NCBI GenBank assembly: GCA_964019335.1 | Contig: OZ025669.1 | Coordinates: 496,001 to 560,000, forward strand | Length of the DNA stretch: 64,000 nucleotides | Direction: 5' to 3' | Source: Diplonema japonicum | Lineage: Eukaryota > Protista > Euglenozoa: Diplonemea | Shown here: positions 22,822-34,131 of the stretch, one piece after another | Position numbering within the stretch: position 1 is the stretch's first letter | Layout: every line of letters starts with the position of its first letter | The notes under the pieces: generated by a model | What the model saw: only the letters and a program-made list of their open reading frames with translations | Databases searched by the model: none | What the model was told of the DNA's origin: nothing | Program-made: the position numbers and the translations under genes

Positions 22822-24639
22822 TCACTCAGTTCCCACCCTGGCCCCAACGGCCTCGATTTGTTTATCACGATTCTCGCACAACATTTCCTTTCTATCATGG
22901 TACTCCCTAACTGCGGACACGGTCACACCGGTGGAGTGACGGTACTGTGCAGGCACAGTAGGAGTGGGGTACGGGCGGCCTTCAGCATAGCAAACAGAGT
23001 ACTGGTAGCCAATGGTAAGAGGCCAGGATGAAGCCAGGGTAAATGAGGAAATTGAACCATTTGTATCAGGGTCCGACGGTGGAAGAAGAAAAGGCTCCGA
23101 AACGCCCGAAAGCGACCCAACAACCCCGCACCCAGTGGCAAGCCCTGGGCGGGATGTATGGTACAGCTCCGAACTGGTCTGCAAGGTCACCCACACCTCG
23201 GTGTGAATGTTTTCTGCCAACAGCTCAATGGTGGTTTGAACCCCGACTTCAACAGGGATCACTTTGCCATTCTCGTGGAACCTGACAGGTGCCGACGGGA
23301 TCTCACAGACTACCCCACGTCTTTCCGTGCAAGGCATCTTCACCCACATGTTGTTCCCACCGACTTTTCCCTCCGCTTTGACATGCAGCACAACACACTC
23401 CCCTCCGTACCGTTGCACTGGGTCAAAGTTTGTAAACACCGCATCGTTCCCTTCCGGGAGGTGGTATACACCTGATATGGTATCTTGGACAACCCCCAGC
23501 CAAGTATGTGTGCCTGGGGGAAGCATAGAGGTTAAAAAGCCATTCTGAGAAAGCGAGGTGACAACAGGAAGCGTTCCCCCATGCGATGCACACTGCACCA
23601 CAGCATCGCGGTGGGTGGAGGTTGTTTTGGATGTTTGCACAGGGTGGTACCGCGGGCCGGGGCCTATCAATGTTGAGATCGTATCGGTGATCAGCTTGAA
23701 ACAGGTTGGGCCGCCATCTGTGACCCATCCAGGAGGGCAGGTCGTGTTCCCGCAAGCAGGCACATCGTTCACTGTGACACAGGTAGCGTTGGTGCCAGGC
23801 CGTGCGGCCACCACGCTGTACCCCACTGTCCTGTCGACTTCGACAAGCTCGTCTTTGAACAGATAGCACCCTCCAGGGACTGCAGACGCACCGTTGATGT
23901 CATGCCACTCAACAGCACGACAGTTCGCCCTACGCAGGCAGTACCCCATGCACACGGTAGGTGAAGGCACGGAGAGGTACGACTGAAGATACACCCGATT
24001 AGCCTGTCTTACAACCGCACCGCATTCAAAGGATGCTGCTCCGCAAGGCACGGCTGTGCAGTCCTGTGCGGCAGCCATTGTGTAGCACCCTTCGGGGCGG
24101 TTTGCAATGTACTGTGCAGTCGTCCCCGAGGTCGTGTACGATGCTTCGTATGACGTGGTGTACAGGCTGCATGTGGTGGTTGCCGTGGTGTATTGAAGGG
24201 ATTTACATTGCGCGTTCGCCACGCAGGTTGCCACACATGATGATACATCAGCCGATGTTGAAGACACCAGCAACGAAGCACCCGAACCCATTGCACCGCA
24301 CAAAGGGTACAGTGTTGCACAGCATGATGTCGGCCCGTTTGAGGTGGGCTGGCACCCTGACTCTGCACCCGAGGGTTTTTGCGCCAGTAGAAAGTCCCCC
24401 ACCTCCACCCCATCAGGGTTCCACCCGTCTAGCAGGTAGCATAGCTGCTCGGTCGGATGGTACTCAACACCTCCACATTTATCGTTTTCAACACACGCGT
24501 TCATACAAAACTCCCTTGTTCCGACAGACGCCCTCGGCCCCGGCCCCAACCATTTTCCCACATAACCCCCACAGCTGTAATCTGCTGCTGGGCATGCTGA
24601 CAGCGTGGCTGTGAAAAGAATTGTTGTCAAGATCAACAT
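22822..24639 (-). CDS. Secreted protein with three PAN/apple domains and a C-type lectin-like domain
   Basis: Signal peptide MLILTTILFTATLSA; three C-x3-C-x5-C...C-x-L PAN motifs; CTLD CPPGW..TCFKL..AVVQCASHGGTL..WLG..FTNF..ECV..W..MPC..VVCE. The 3' end may be spliced (GTGAGT near 22826). Confidence 0.8.
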   Translation of the reverse strand: MLILTTILFTATLSACPAADYSCGGYVGKWLGPGPRASVGTREFCMNACVENDKCGGVEYHPTEQLCYLLDGWNPDGVEVGDFLLAQKPSGAESGCQPTSNGPTSCCATLYPLCGAMGSGASLLVSSTSADVSSCVATCVANAQCKSLQYTTATTTCSLYTTSYEASYTTSGTTAQYIANRPEGCYTMAAAQDCTAVPCGAASFECGAVVRQANRVYLQSYLSVPSPTVCMGYCLRRANCRAVEWHDINGASAVPGGCYLFKDELVEVDRTVGYSVVAARPGTNATCVTVNDVPACGNTTCPPGWVTDGGPTCFKLITDTISTLIGPGPRYHPVQTSKTTSTHRDAVVQCASHGGTLPVVTSLSQNGFLTSMLPPGTHTWLGVVQDTISGVYHLPEGNDAVFTNFDPVQRYGGECVVLHVKAEGKVGGNNMWVKMPCTERRGVVCEIPSAPVRFHENGKVIPVEVGVQTTIELLAENIHTEVWVTLQTSSELYHTSRPGLATGCGVVGSLSGVSEPFLLPPSDPDTNGSISSFTLASSWPLTIGYQYSVCYAEGRPYPTPTVPAQYRHSTGVTVSAVREYHDRKEMLCENRDKQIEAVGARVGTE

Positions 24640-25068
24640 GCCCACAACCAACCCCCTGTAGATAATTTGCTGATCGGTTGTGAATAAACGGGAGACAAGG
24701 GGGGGGAAAGAAGGGGGGCGGAAAACACCCATAACTACCCACTAGAAAGTAAAAGGGGGGGAGGGGGGGTGAAATGAACGGCGACGGTACTAACCCTTTT
24801 GTAACACGGAGAGAGGGGGAAGTGGGGGGGGAAGAAAGAACGAAGCTACATGGTTTTTTTTTTTTTATTTCTTCCCTTTTGTTATGTAATTTATTTATCC
24901 CTTTCCCCTCCTTTTTGAGGAGATAAAGAAAAGGGGCAAGAAAGAGGGGAAGAAAACAAAAAAAAAGAAGGAATAAAGAGGCGAGAAAGGAGGAGAACAC
25001 TTTTTTTTTTCCAGATATGAACGTCCAACTTTTCGGGTAAAAGCAGACTACGTTTTGGGTTTTGCTCG

Positions 25069-25102
<34 letters not shown>

Positions 25103-25479
25103 ACTTTTTTTCCAATCCCCCCCCCGTTTTCCCTTCCCGGATTTTTTTTTTTCGTCCCCAATTATATCCTACCCTTTTCCGTTGTCAGAAGAAGAAGAAA
25201 AAATACACACCCATTGAGACCTACACTAAAAAAAAAAGGAAAACTGGAAGGTCTTTTTTTTTTAAAAAAGATCCTCCCCTTTCCCCCTTTTCTTTTTTTT
25301 GTTTAGCCTTTTCTTAAAAATAAAAAAATACAGGAGAACGAAGAAAAAATAAAAAAAATTAAAAAAACGTTGTGTTTTGGGATTTACCGTGTCCGAAAAA
25401 AAAAAGTGGGGGGGGAGAAGGGGGTAATAAAAAAAAAAATAAAAGTAAGGTCATCGGAAGGAAAATTTTATTTATTTAT

Positions 25480-27294
25480 TTAAATCAGGTCGAGAAGCAT
25501 GGAAGTAGGGTTCTCAAGGTAGCTCTTCCAAGTGTTCGAGAATCGGAGCATAGTGGCCCCATCGATCACACGGTGGTCTGCAGACCAAGAGACGTAAAGA
25601 ATATTTTGTTCCTCAATTTGGCCTGCTTGGTTGTACCTGGGCATCTTGGCCACCTTGCCAAGGCCACAGATAGCCACCTGCGGGGCGAAAATGATAGGCG
25701 AGACATATGTTCCACCAATGCTGCCAATGTTGGAGAGGGTGAAGGTACCCCCCTGAAGATCTTCTGTAGTTAACTTGTTCGCCAGACCCCTCTGCTGCAG
25801 CGCAACCAGCTCCTCCGCAATCTGGAAGACGGACTTGCTCTCCACGTTCTTAATGTTTGGCACCACAAGGCCCTGTTAAAAAGAAATAATTCGGGAATAA
25901 AAAAAAAAAAAAAAAACCTGTTCGGTGTCCATCGCGAACCCGATGTTGTGGGCACCCTTGTACGTGATCGATGACACCTCAGAGTCCAGCTGCGAGTTGA
26001 TAACCGGGTGGTGCTTCATGGCCATCGACGAGGCCTTGATGAAGAACGGCATGTAGGAGAGCTTTGAACCACGTTTCTGTGATTTTTTTTTCTCCTCCTG
26101 TTTTTTTTTTTTTTTTAATGCATACCTCGACCATCGGCTTGAGTGCCGTCCTTGCTGCGACAAGCGCGTTCAGGTTGACCTCGTCGTGTGCCCCGAAGGA
26201 AGGTATTTTGAGCGCCTCTGTCATCGACGCCACCATGAACTTCGCCCGGCCCTGTGTGTGTTGTGTTGTGTTGACCATCATACCGAGATCTTGACAGTCT
26301 TGTCCTCGACCGAGTACACGGGGGTGGGGGCAGAGGTGGGTGCAGCAGAGCTGGACGCGGCGGGTGCTGCCTGCGTCTTACCCTCCATGAAGCTGGTGTG
26401 ATATTTGTTTTCTTTTTTTTTTTTTTCTTCATACTTGATAATGTCTTCCTTGGTGACTCTTCCGCCCTTCCCAGTGGCGGGGACCTGAGTAAGGTCTATT
26501 TTCTTCTCGGCGGCGATGCGGCGGACGGCGGGTGTAGCGAGGACCTTCTTGCCGGCGGAGGACTGGGCGAACCCACCAACGGGGGTGGACGGGGTGCTGG
26601 GGGCGGCCGCGAGAGCGGCCGCAGGGGTAGGGGTGCTGGGTGCGCTGGCCGCCGGGGCCTCTTCAACACCCTCGACCTCAATGTCGACGAGGCCTTGGCC
26701 CACTTGCTGCATGTCACCAACATTGTGGTACACCTTCAGGATCTTACCCGAGAAGGGGGTCGACAGTTCCACAGTCGCCTTGTCAGATTGCACCTCGCAG
26801 AGCTTGTCCATCTCCTCCACTACATCACCCTCCTTGACGAACCACTGAAGAATTTCCACTTCCTTAATACCTTCACCAATGTCGGCAAGGGGGAATGTCT
26901 TCACTTGCTTTCCGACAGGGGCGGCAGCGGCAGGAGCGGCGGCAGCGGGGGTGGGTGTAGGTGCTGCACTTTCTTCCGAGCCTTCAACATCGATATCGAT
27001 GAGCCCCGAGCCCACTTGCTGCATGTCGCCGATTGACGTGTAGATCTTCTTGATAACTCCCGTGTACCTTGAGGTCACCTCGGCCGTGGCCTTGTCCGAT
27101 TGAATCTCGCAGATTTTCTGGAACTCTTCAACCCTGTCACCTTCTTTTACAAACCAGTCAAGTACCTCCACTTCCTTAATCCCTTCCCCGACATCAGCCA
27201 TGGGAAATGTTACAATCTCGAGCGCATACTTTGTTTGGCTGAAATACCTCCTTGCCACAACAGGCCTCATCTTCATTGCACTGCGCAACATCAT
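25480..27294 (-). CDS. DBT: Dihydrolipoyl acyltransferase E2, BCKDH-type, with two lipoyl domains; introns 26393-26434, 26252-26283, 26077-26125, 25873-25917
   Basis: Presequence [18 protein letters not shown]; two [11 protein letters not shown]..W.VKEGD..EvQSDKAT lipoyl domains; [25 protein letters not shown]; [10 protein letters not shown]; [12 protein letters not shown]. Four GT-AG introns restore a continuous frame. Confidence 0.9.
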
Positions 27295-27792
27295 CTTTTT
27301 TTAAAATTTTCTTTTTTTTGTTGATGGTTTAGAAAGGAACAGCGGGGGGGAGGGGGGATAATAATAAAAAAGTTTCGGAGGGGGCAAAAAAAAAATGAAA
27401 AGGCAAACCGAATGAGGTCTTAGCTACCCCTTGGTGGGGGGGGGGGGGGGGATTTGGGATACGGATTATGGAAACGGGAGGAAAGGAAACAGGAGAGTAA
27501 TAAGAGGAGGAAGAGGTTTCTTTTTCTTAAAAAAAAAAAGAAAAAGAAAAGAAATACATGAACCCTTTTTTTTGTGTGTGTTTTTTTATTTCCTTCTTTT
27601 TTTTCCCTCGATCTTTTTTTTTTTTTTTTTTTTTTCTCTCTTCACTGAAACGCCACCTGAAAAAGGCGGTCGGGTTAGTAAAAAAGAGGAAACATAAAGA
27701 GGGACATCATAAAAACGAAGAAAATGTAGGGGAGGTAAAAAGATAAAAAAAAGAAAGGAAACGTTATACTTAGTGAAAATATCGTTTTGTGT

Positions 27793-27827
<35 letters not shown>

Positions 27828-28519
27828 CCTCCCTCTTCCAAAAAAAAAAAAAAAAATAAATAAATACGTTGGCCAGCCAAGAAAATTTTTTTCAAAGTCC
27901 CTTTCAAGGGAGAATACCCAGTTATGTACATTGCCTCAACTTTCTGTATATTTCTTTTTTATTTATTTGTAATTATTTCGAAAAGAATTCCTTGTGTTTC
28001 ATTTTTGCATAGCTCTCTTAAAAAGGCTGTTGCATGCCTTCCTGTAGCTCCTCATTTTTAAATCCTTTTTTTTCTCTTTTTTTTTTCTCGCGTCCCCACT
28101 GTCCCATCGTTTTTTTATTCGTTTTAATTTTTTATTCAAAAAATAAAAACGCGGGCTACGAGCCAGGTTCTATATACGCGAGGGGGTAAGCACCTCGCCT
28201 TTTGGGGGGGAAGGTTGTACTGATTTTCAAAAAAAAAAAATTAGGGATGAGGGAAGAAGGATGAAACTTACGGTTACTTTTTTCCCCCCCCCCTTAAAAA
28301 CTACTCGTTTTTTTTCTTCATACAAAAGAGAAAACCCAGAAAAAAAAATATATCGCCCGGTGGACTTAAAAAATAAAAAAAGGTGTTACATAAAAATAAA
28401 AAAAAGGAACGCACAAAAAAAAAAAAAAAAACAGGCGAAAAAAAATGATTCTTTAGAACATTTTTTTGACCTGAGGGGGGGGGGGGAGGGGGATGGGGAA
28501 GGGGGAGGAGGTATAATAC

Positions 28520-28544
<25 letters not shown>

Positions 28545-28552
<8 letters not shown>

Positions 28553-31500
28553 CAGTAATGTCTACCCTGGGGCCAGTCTCGAGGTCATACTTACTGATGA
28601 CTTCGGCAGCAACGGAAGGGTCAATTTGACCCAACCTGGCAAGCTTAGAGAGAGTGGCAGCAACAACAGACTCACGGTCAATTTCGAAGAATCGCCTGAG
28701 GTGCTCCCTTGTGTCTGAGCGACCGAATCCATCAGTGCCAAGAACCTCGAAGGTGCCAGGGACCGCAGCACGGATTGACTCAGGAAGAGCCTTCTGGTAG
28801 TCACTGACCGCAACAGTCAGTTCCGGACCACCCTCGAAGGACTCCTCCACGTAAGTGCGCCGTTCCTCAGCACTGGGGTTCATCCTGTTTTCCCTCAGCA
28901 CGTCATTCATGTCGTTGTGCAGTTCGCCGTAGCTGTGGATGTGTGTGTGTTGTGTTGTGTTGTGTTGTGTTGTGTTGTGTTGTGTTGTGTTGTGTTGTGT
29001 TGTGTGCACAAACCTCACAACACTCCAGATCTCGCTGCTCACGCCGTATTCCTCGCTCAGGATGTCTGCCGCATCCAACACCTGCTGCATGATGCACCCG
29101 CTGCCCAACAGTCTCACCTTCACGCTGTGGTCACCGACGGTCTTGTGCTTGTACATCCCCTTCTTGATGCCCTCCTTCACCCTGTCGACGTCCTGTTGGG
29201 GTTTTTTGTGAAGGGGGGGTGGGGGGGGTGGGGGTGGGGGGTTGCATACCTCCGGGAGCAGTTCCGGCATCGGGATGTCCTCGTTGTAGAGCATTATGTA
29301 GTAGATGACGTCCTTGTCCTCACCCCACATCTCATCGATGCCCTGCTGCGTGATGATGTTCACCTCGTAGGCGAAGGCAGGGTCGTACGCACGGCAGCCA
29401 GGGTTCGTCATGGCGATCAACAGCGAGTGCCCGTCCTGGTGCTGCAGGCCCTCCCCGTTCAAGGTGGTCCTGCCACCGGTCGCGCCCAGAAGGAAACCCC
29501 GAGCACGGGCGTCGGAGCCCTGCCAGATGAAGTCACCAACACGCTGGAACCCGAACATCGAGTAGAACACGAAGAAGGGCAGCGTGGGGCAGCCCTGCGA
29601 AGAGTATGAGGTACCGCTGGCAATCCATGTGCACAGAGCACCCGCCTCGCTGATACCTTCTTGCAGCAGCTGGCCGTCGGGGCTCTCCTTGTATGAGAGG
29701 AGACTGTCAGCGTCGACGGGAGTGTACGACTGCCCGAAGGGCGCATGGATCTTGAACTCAGGGAAGAAGCCCTCGAGACCGAAGGTCCTGGACTCGTCAG
29801 TGATGATGGGCACCACCCTCTTCCCGAAGTCCTTCTCCTTCATCAGCAGCCTGAGCATCGCACCCCACGCTTTGGTGGTCGAGACGAGCTTGCCGCTGCT
29901 GCCGCCGAAAGACTTGGCGTACAACTCGCTTCCGGGAGTCTTGACAATGGAGGAGACGACCACAGGAGAACGCTCGGGGAGGTACCCACCAAGGGCTTCC
30001 CTCTTCTCATGTATGTATGCGACCTCCTTTGAGTCGGGGCCAGGGTGGCAGAAGACCTCCTTGTCACTGTCTCCGATCTGCTCGTTGGTGAGCGGGATGT
30101 CCAGAGTGTCTCTGAATTCCCTCAGGGCGTCCGAGGTAATACTCTTCATCTGGTGAACAGGGTTCCTACCGACGAAGGTTTTCAGGGAGTGGCCCTTGAG
30201 GGTCTTCACAAGGATGACGGTAGGGCGGGCGCCCTCCTCGGCGTTCTTCTGTGCTTGTGCAAGTGCCGAGTAGATCTTCGTCTTGTCGTGACCACCGGGC
30301 ATCATGTATGCCTCGAGCAGCTCCTCGTCGGACATGTGCGCCACCCTCTCAGCAAGGTCGCCAGGGAACAACTCCTTTCTGATCAAGCTGCCGTCCATCT
30401 TCGCCGCCAGTCGTTGACAGTCACCGTCAGGGTGATTCTCAAGGCGGTCTACCAGCTTTCCATCGTGGTCGGCTTCGACGAGGCTGTTCCATTCACCACC
30501 CCAGATGAGCTTGATGCAGTCCCACCCAGCACCCCTGTACAAGCCCTCGAACTCTTGGATGACCTTTGAGTTACCTCTCACAGGCCCGTCGAGCCTCTGG
30601 TAGTTGCAGTTCACGATGAAGACAACGTTGTTCAGCCTCTCCCTGCCCGCCACAGCGATGGCGGATATTGTCTCCGACTCGTCCATCTCACCATCCCCGA
30701 TGAAGGCCCACACCCTCGATCGGGAGGTATCGGCGAGACCTCTCAAGTGGAGGTACCTGAAGTACCTGGCCTGGTGCACAGCCTGAAGGGGACCGATACC
30801 CATGGACACTGTGGGGTTCTCCCAGAAGTCAGGCATGAGACGGGGGTGGGGGTACGAGGACAGCCCTTTGCCGGGTTCAACCTCCATACGGAAGTTGAGA
30901 AGCTGGTCAAGAGTGAGCCTGCCCTCAAGGAAGGCCCTGGCGTAGGCACCGGGGGAAGCGTGGCCCTGGATGTAGATGGAATCACCTTCACCACCACCAG
31001 TGGCCTTCCCACGGAGGAAGTGGTTCTGGAGTACTTCCCAGATGTCGCAGACGGAGGCGAAGGTGCCGATGTGGCCACCGAGGCCGGCGTTACGGGAGTT
31101 GGCGTCGGAAACCATGACAGCGGCATTCCATCGGACAATGTTGGCGATCTTGTTCTCGAGGGCGAGGTCGCCGGGGTAAACTTCGTCCGCGGCCGAGGGG
31201 ATGGTGTTGACGAAGGGGGAGGAGACGGCCTCGCGGATGGGAACGTCGAGCTTGTGGGCCTCGTTGAGGAGGTCGTGGAGAAGGAAGCGGGCGCGGGACT
31301 TGCCGTGCGTGCTGACTACGGCCTCGAGGGACTCAAGCCACTCTGTGGTCTCGGCGGCATCGAACTTGGGGGTCGCGGCGGAAATCTTGGACATGGCGGA
31401 GGGCATAGTGTTCCTGTGAGCACCACCGAAGTCAACAGAAGAGGAGAACCTAGGGAGCTCGCCCTTCAGAGACCTCACAAACTCATCGAAGCCAATGTCG

Positions 31501-31796
31501 CCGCTGTGATCTCTGTCGAAGAAGTCGAACAGTTCAGTGACTTCGTCTTCTGACAGGTCGACCTCCATCCTCTCCAGCATGCTTGCGAACTCGTCGTACT
31601 CGAGCACCTTCGTCCCGTCGCTGTCAGCGGTCCCGAACAGCTCACTCTTCATCGCCATCACACCCATCGACCCCGCCTTCTGCCTCTCCTTGAATACAGC
31701 TTGCAGCTTCGTCAACGACGGAGGGCCCTCCCTCTTGAACATCTTCTGCGACCTGAGTGTCGACAGCAACGCCCGCCTCTGCATCGGACTCAACAT
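28545..31796 (-). CDS. aceE: Prokaryotic-type homodimeric pyruvate dehydrogenase E1 (AceE) with presequence and N-terminal EF-hand pair; introns 29193-29249 and 28933-29013
   Basis: ETTEWLESL, GGHIGTFAS, QGHASPG, SSYPHP, PTVSMG, TPP motif GDGEMDE...NCN, DESRTFG, YSMFGFQR, GEGLQHQDG, LGTDGFGRSDTR. EF loops DSDGTKVLEYDE and DRDHSGDIGFDE. Confidence 0.95.
28941..29005. repeat. (CAACA)n / (TGTGT)n microsatellite forming most of aceE intron 2
   Basis: Directly visible pentanucleotide array between GTTTGT and CACAG on the - strand. Confidence 0.9.
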
Positions 31797-31973
31797 TTTT
31801 TTCTTAAAATACGGTTACCTGTGGTTTGTTGAGATCTTGAAACATGTATGAAAACAAAGGGAGTGGGTTGTTAGAAATCACTAAAGGAAAGAACGAAAGA
31901 AAAAACTCATTTTGCTTTTCTTTTTTGTTTTCGTCCCCCCCCCCTTTTTTTTTAATACCCCTCGCCCCCTTCC

Positions 31974-32122
31974 CTAAACCGTGAGTGTGCGTGAAAAGTC
32001 CTTTATGAGTGAATGCAGTTCGGGAGACAGCGCGAGGCCTTTCCCGGAGAACTGTGCATCGAGAAGAACCAACACAACACAGAAGACACCTGCACCCGAC
32101 AGAGTGAACACAAGCTGTGTGT

Positions 32123-32154
<32 letters not shown>

Positions 32155-33772
32155 TTTTGTAAACAATAAATACCGTCTCGACACTTGCACGCGATTCTTT
32201 TTCCTCCTCCACCACTTGTTTCCTCGCTTCCTTCTTTTCCTTCGCGGTGACTGACTTCTTTTTCCCCGCTGCCTCGTCGATAATCTTGTTGGTCTGCCGA
32301 GTGTCGGCCGCGTTTTCCTTGCGCGTCTTGGCGTCGTCGGTGGTTTCCTTCTTCTCCTTCATGCGCACGAACTCCTGCTCTGTCTTCGTCCATTTGTCTG
32401 GAGTCCCCCATTGAAGCACCCCCGTTGCAGGGTAAAAATTTCTTTGCAACGATGATATGAGAAGAATAGCAAAACAGCAAACACGGAAGGGGGCGGGGAC
32501 GTGCATGGCGTGTGCCAAGAGATCGTCGACCATGACCTCAACAGCGTACCTCACAAACAGCGGGCAGGGGATCAGGTTCAGAAGGTTGGACCGTTCAAAA
32601 ACAGGATTCCCTCCAGAATAAGCACGCGAGGACAGCCCCCAGTTCAGGAAGATATAAGGCCGGTGCCGCATCACGAAAGACGCCATGTAGATGCTCCCCA
32701 TCACAAGCTTCCCAATAAAAGCATAACTTGTAAACGGATACCCACGGTATACCGACACTACCAAAGAGGGCAAAATACACAGCACAGCATAGTACTTCGT
32801 CTCCCACTTGACATGGTTGTGATCAGGGAAAAGCTTCACGGGATTCTTCTTAAGAATGTTGGAAATGGACCCCCAAGCGTTGATAATGAGAACAAGCACG
32901 TCACCCATGCCACCATTATCCCATAGAAAGAGACCCATACACATGATGTGAATAACAAGGTAGAAATACTTGCTGAGCTCCAGATCTTGGGTATCGATGA
33001 GGCGGAGTAGGAACTCAGCACCGTGATAGGAAAACTCATATATTCTACCTAAGAAGAACCCAATGAACATTAACACTCGAAGGTTGGCTTCTTTGGTGGC
33101 GTCGGTGAAGCCGGTGACTTCGCCTGCTTCGTCACGTTGTTCTAAGAGTTCATCGTATGCAGTACGGACTTGTTGGTACCGAGGAGTGGTCTCCCCGTTG
33201 TTCTGGTCAGGGTGGTGTTGAAGAGCTAGTTTTCTAAACGCTTTTTTAATGTCGCGAAGCGAAGCGTCTTTCTCGACTCCTAGGATTTTATAGTTCTCAG
33301 ATGCCTCGGGATCGATAATACTCTTCCAAAGTGGCCACGCGTTGAAAAGGTACAACACGAGCACAGCCAACAAAACAACATTGACAGCAATTGTTGGAAC
33401 CGAGGCAGCTCGTGAGTTCTGTTCCGTTGCAGAATCGTCCTGTGCAGATGTCGTGCTTATGTTCATTTTGGGTGCAACGCCTGCGACAGACGCAGCTTGT
33501 ACCATAGGTCCAGGGAGGTACCTCCGCCAAGCTTGTTTAGTATGTGCCCATTTCATAAAGCTTTCTTTTAAGGATTTGGTCAGGGGTTTCTTGGTGTCCT
33601 CGAGCCAGTTCGCCTTGAACTTTTCTTCGAAATCGACGATTTGTTTCTCCAGCTCCACCACCGGAGGGTTGATGCGCATCACCTCTGCGAATCTTCTGAA
33701 TTTCCTCTCGCCATCGTACGCCCTCCTCTCAGGTGGCACAGCTTCCTGGTTCGGTTCCGCATCCGACGACAT
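31974..33772 (-). CDS. Membrane J-domain (DnaJ) protein; intron 32115-32173
   Basis: TM helix followed by ENYKILGV..KKAFRKLALQHHPDQN and further TM segments. Intron GTATTT..CACAG joins last exon LVFTLSG..TLTV*. Confidence 0.8.
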
Positions 33773-34073
33773 AACCCCCTTTCCCCCTCTGAAGTAACGA
33801 TGACACTCACAAAATGTAAAGAAATCAAATAAATATCACCCTTTTGTTTTATTTTATTTATTTTTTTTTTCCCGCCGTGTCGATTGGGGGAAGAAAAAGA
33901 AAATGTAAACAGAAAAGTATTTTGCACGTTTTTTCTTTTTTGGGGGGTTTTTTTTTTAAAAAGTGTAAACAATTGTCTGTCCGCCTGTCGAAAGAAGGAG
34001 GAACTGGGGAAAAAATATTTTTTTTCCCCTTGCAACGAAAAAAAAATGGTGAATTGAAAGCTAGATATCCCCC

Positions 34074-34104
<31 letters not shown>

Positions 34105-34131
34105 ACACATGCACACGGATTTGAAGAATGT

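Noticed and set aside
26252-26283. Frameshifts or stops in E2, formin, COG6 and BTB read as pseudogenisation or recoding
   Set aside because: Each break is bounded by GT...AG, and its removal restores conserved sequence, so they are introns.
28545-31796. aceE as bacterial contamination or endosymbiont DNA
   Set aside because: It carries a presequence, EF-hands and two host-style introns, and sits collinearly among eukaryotic genes.
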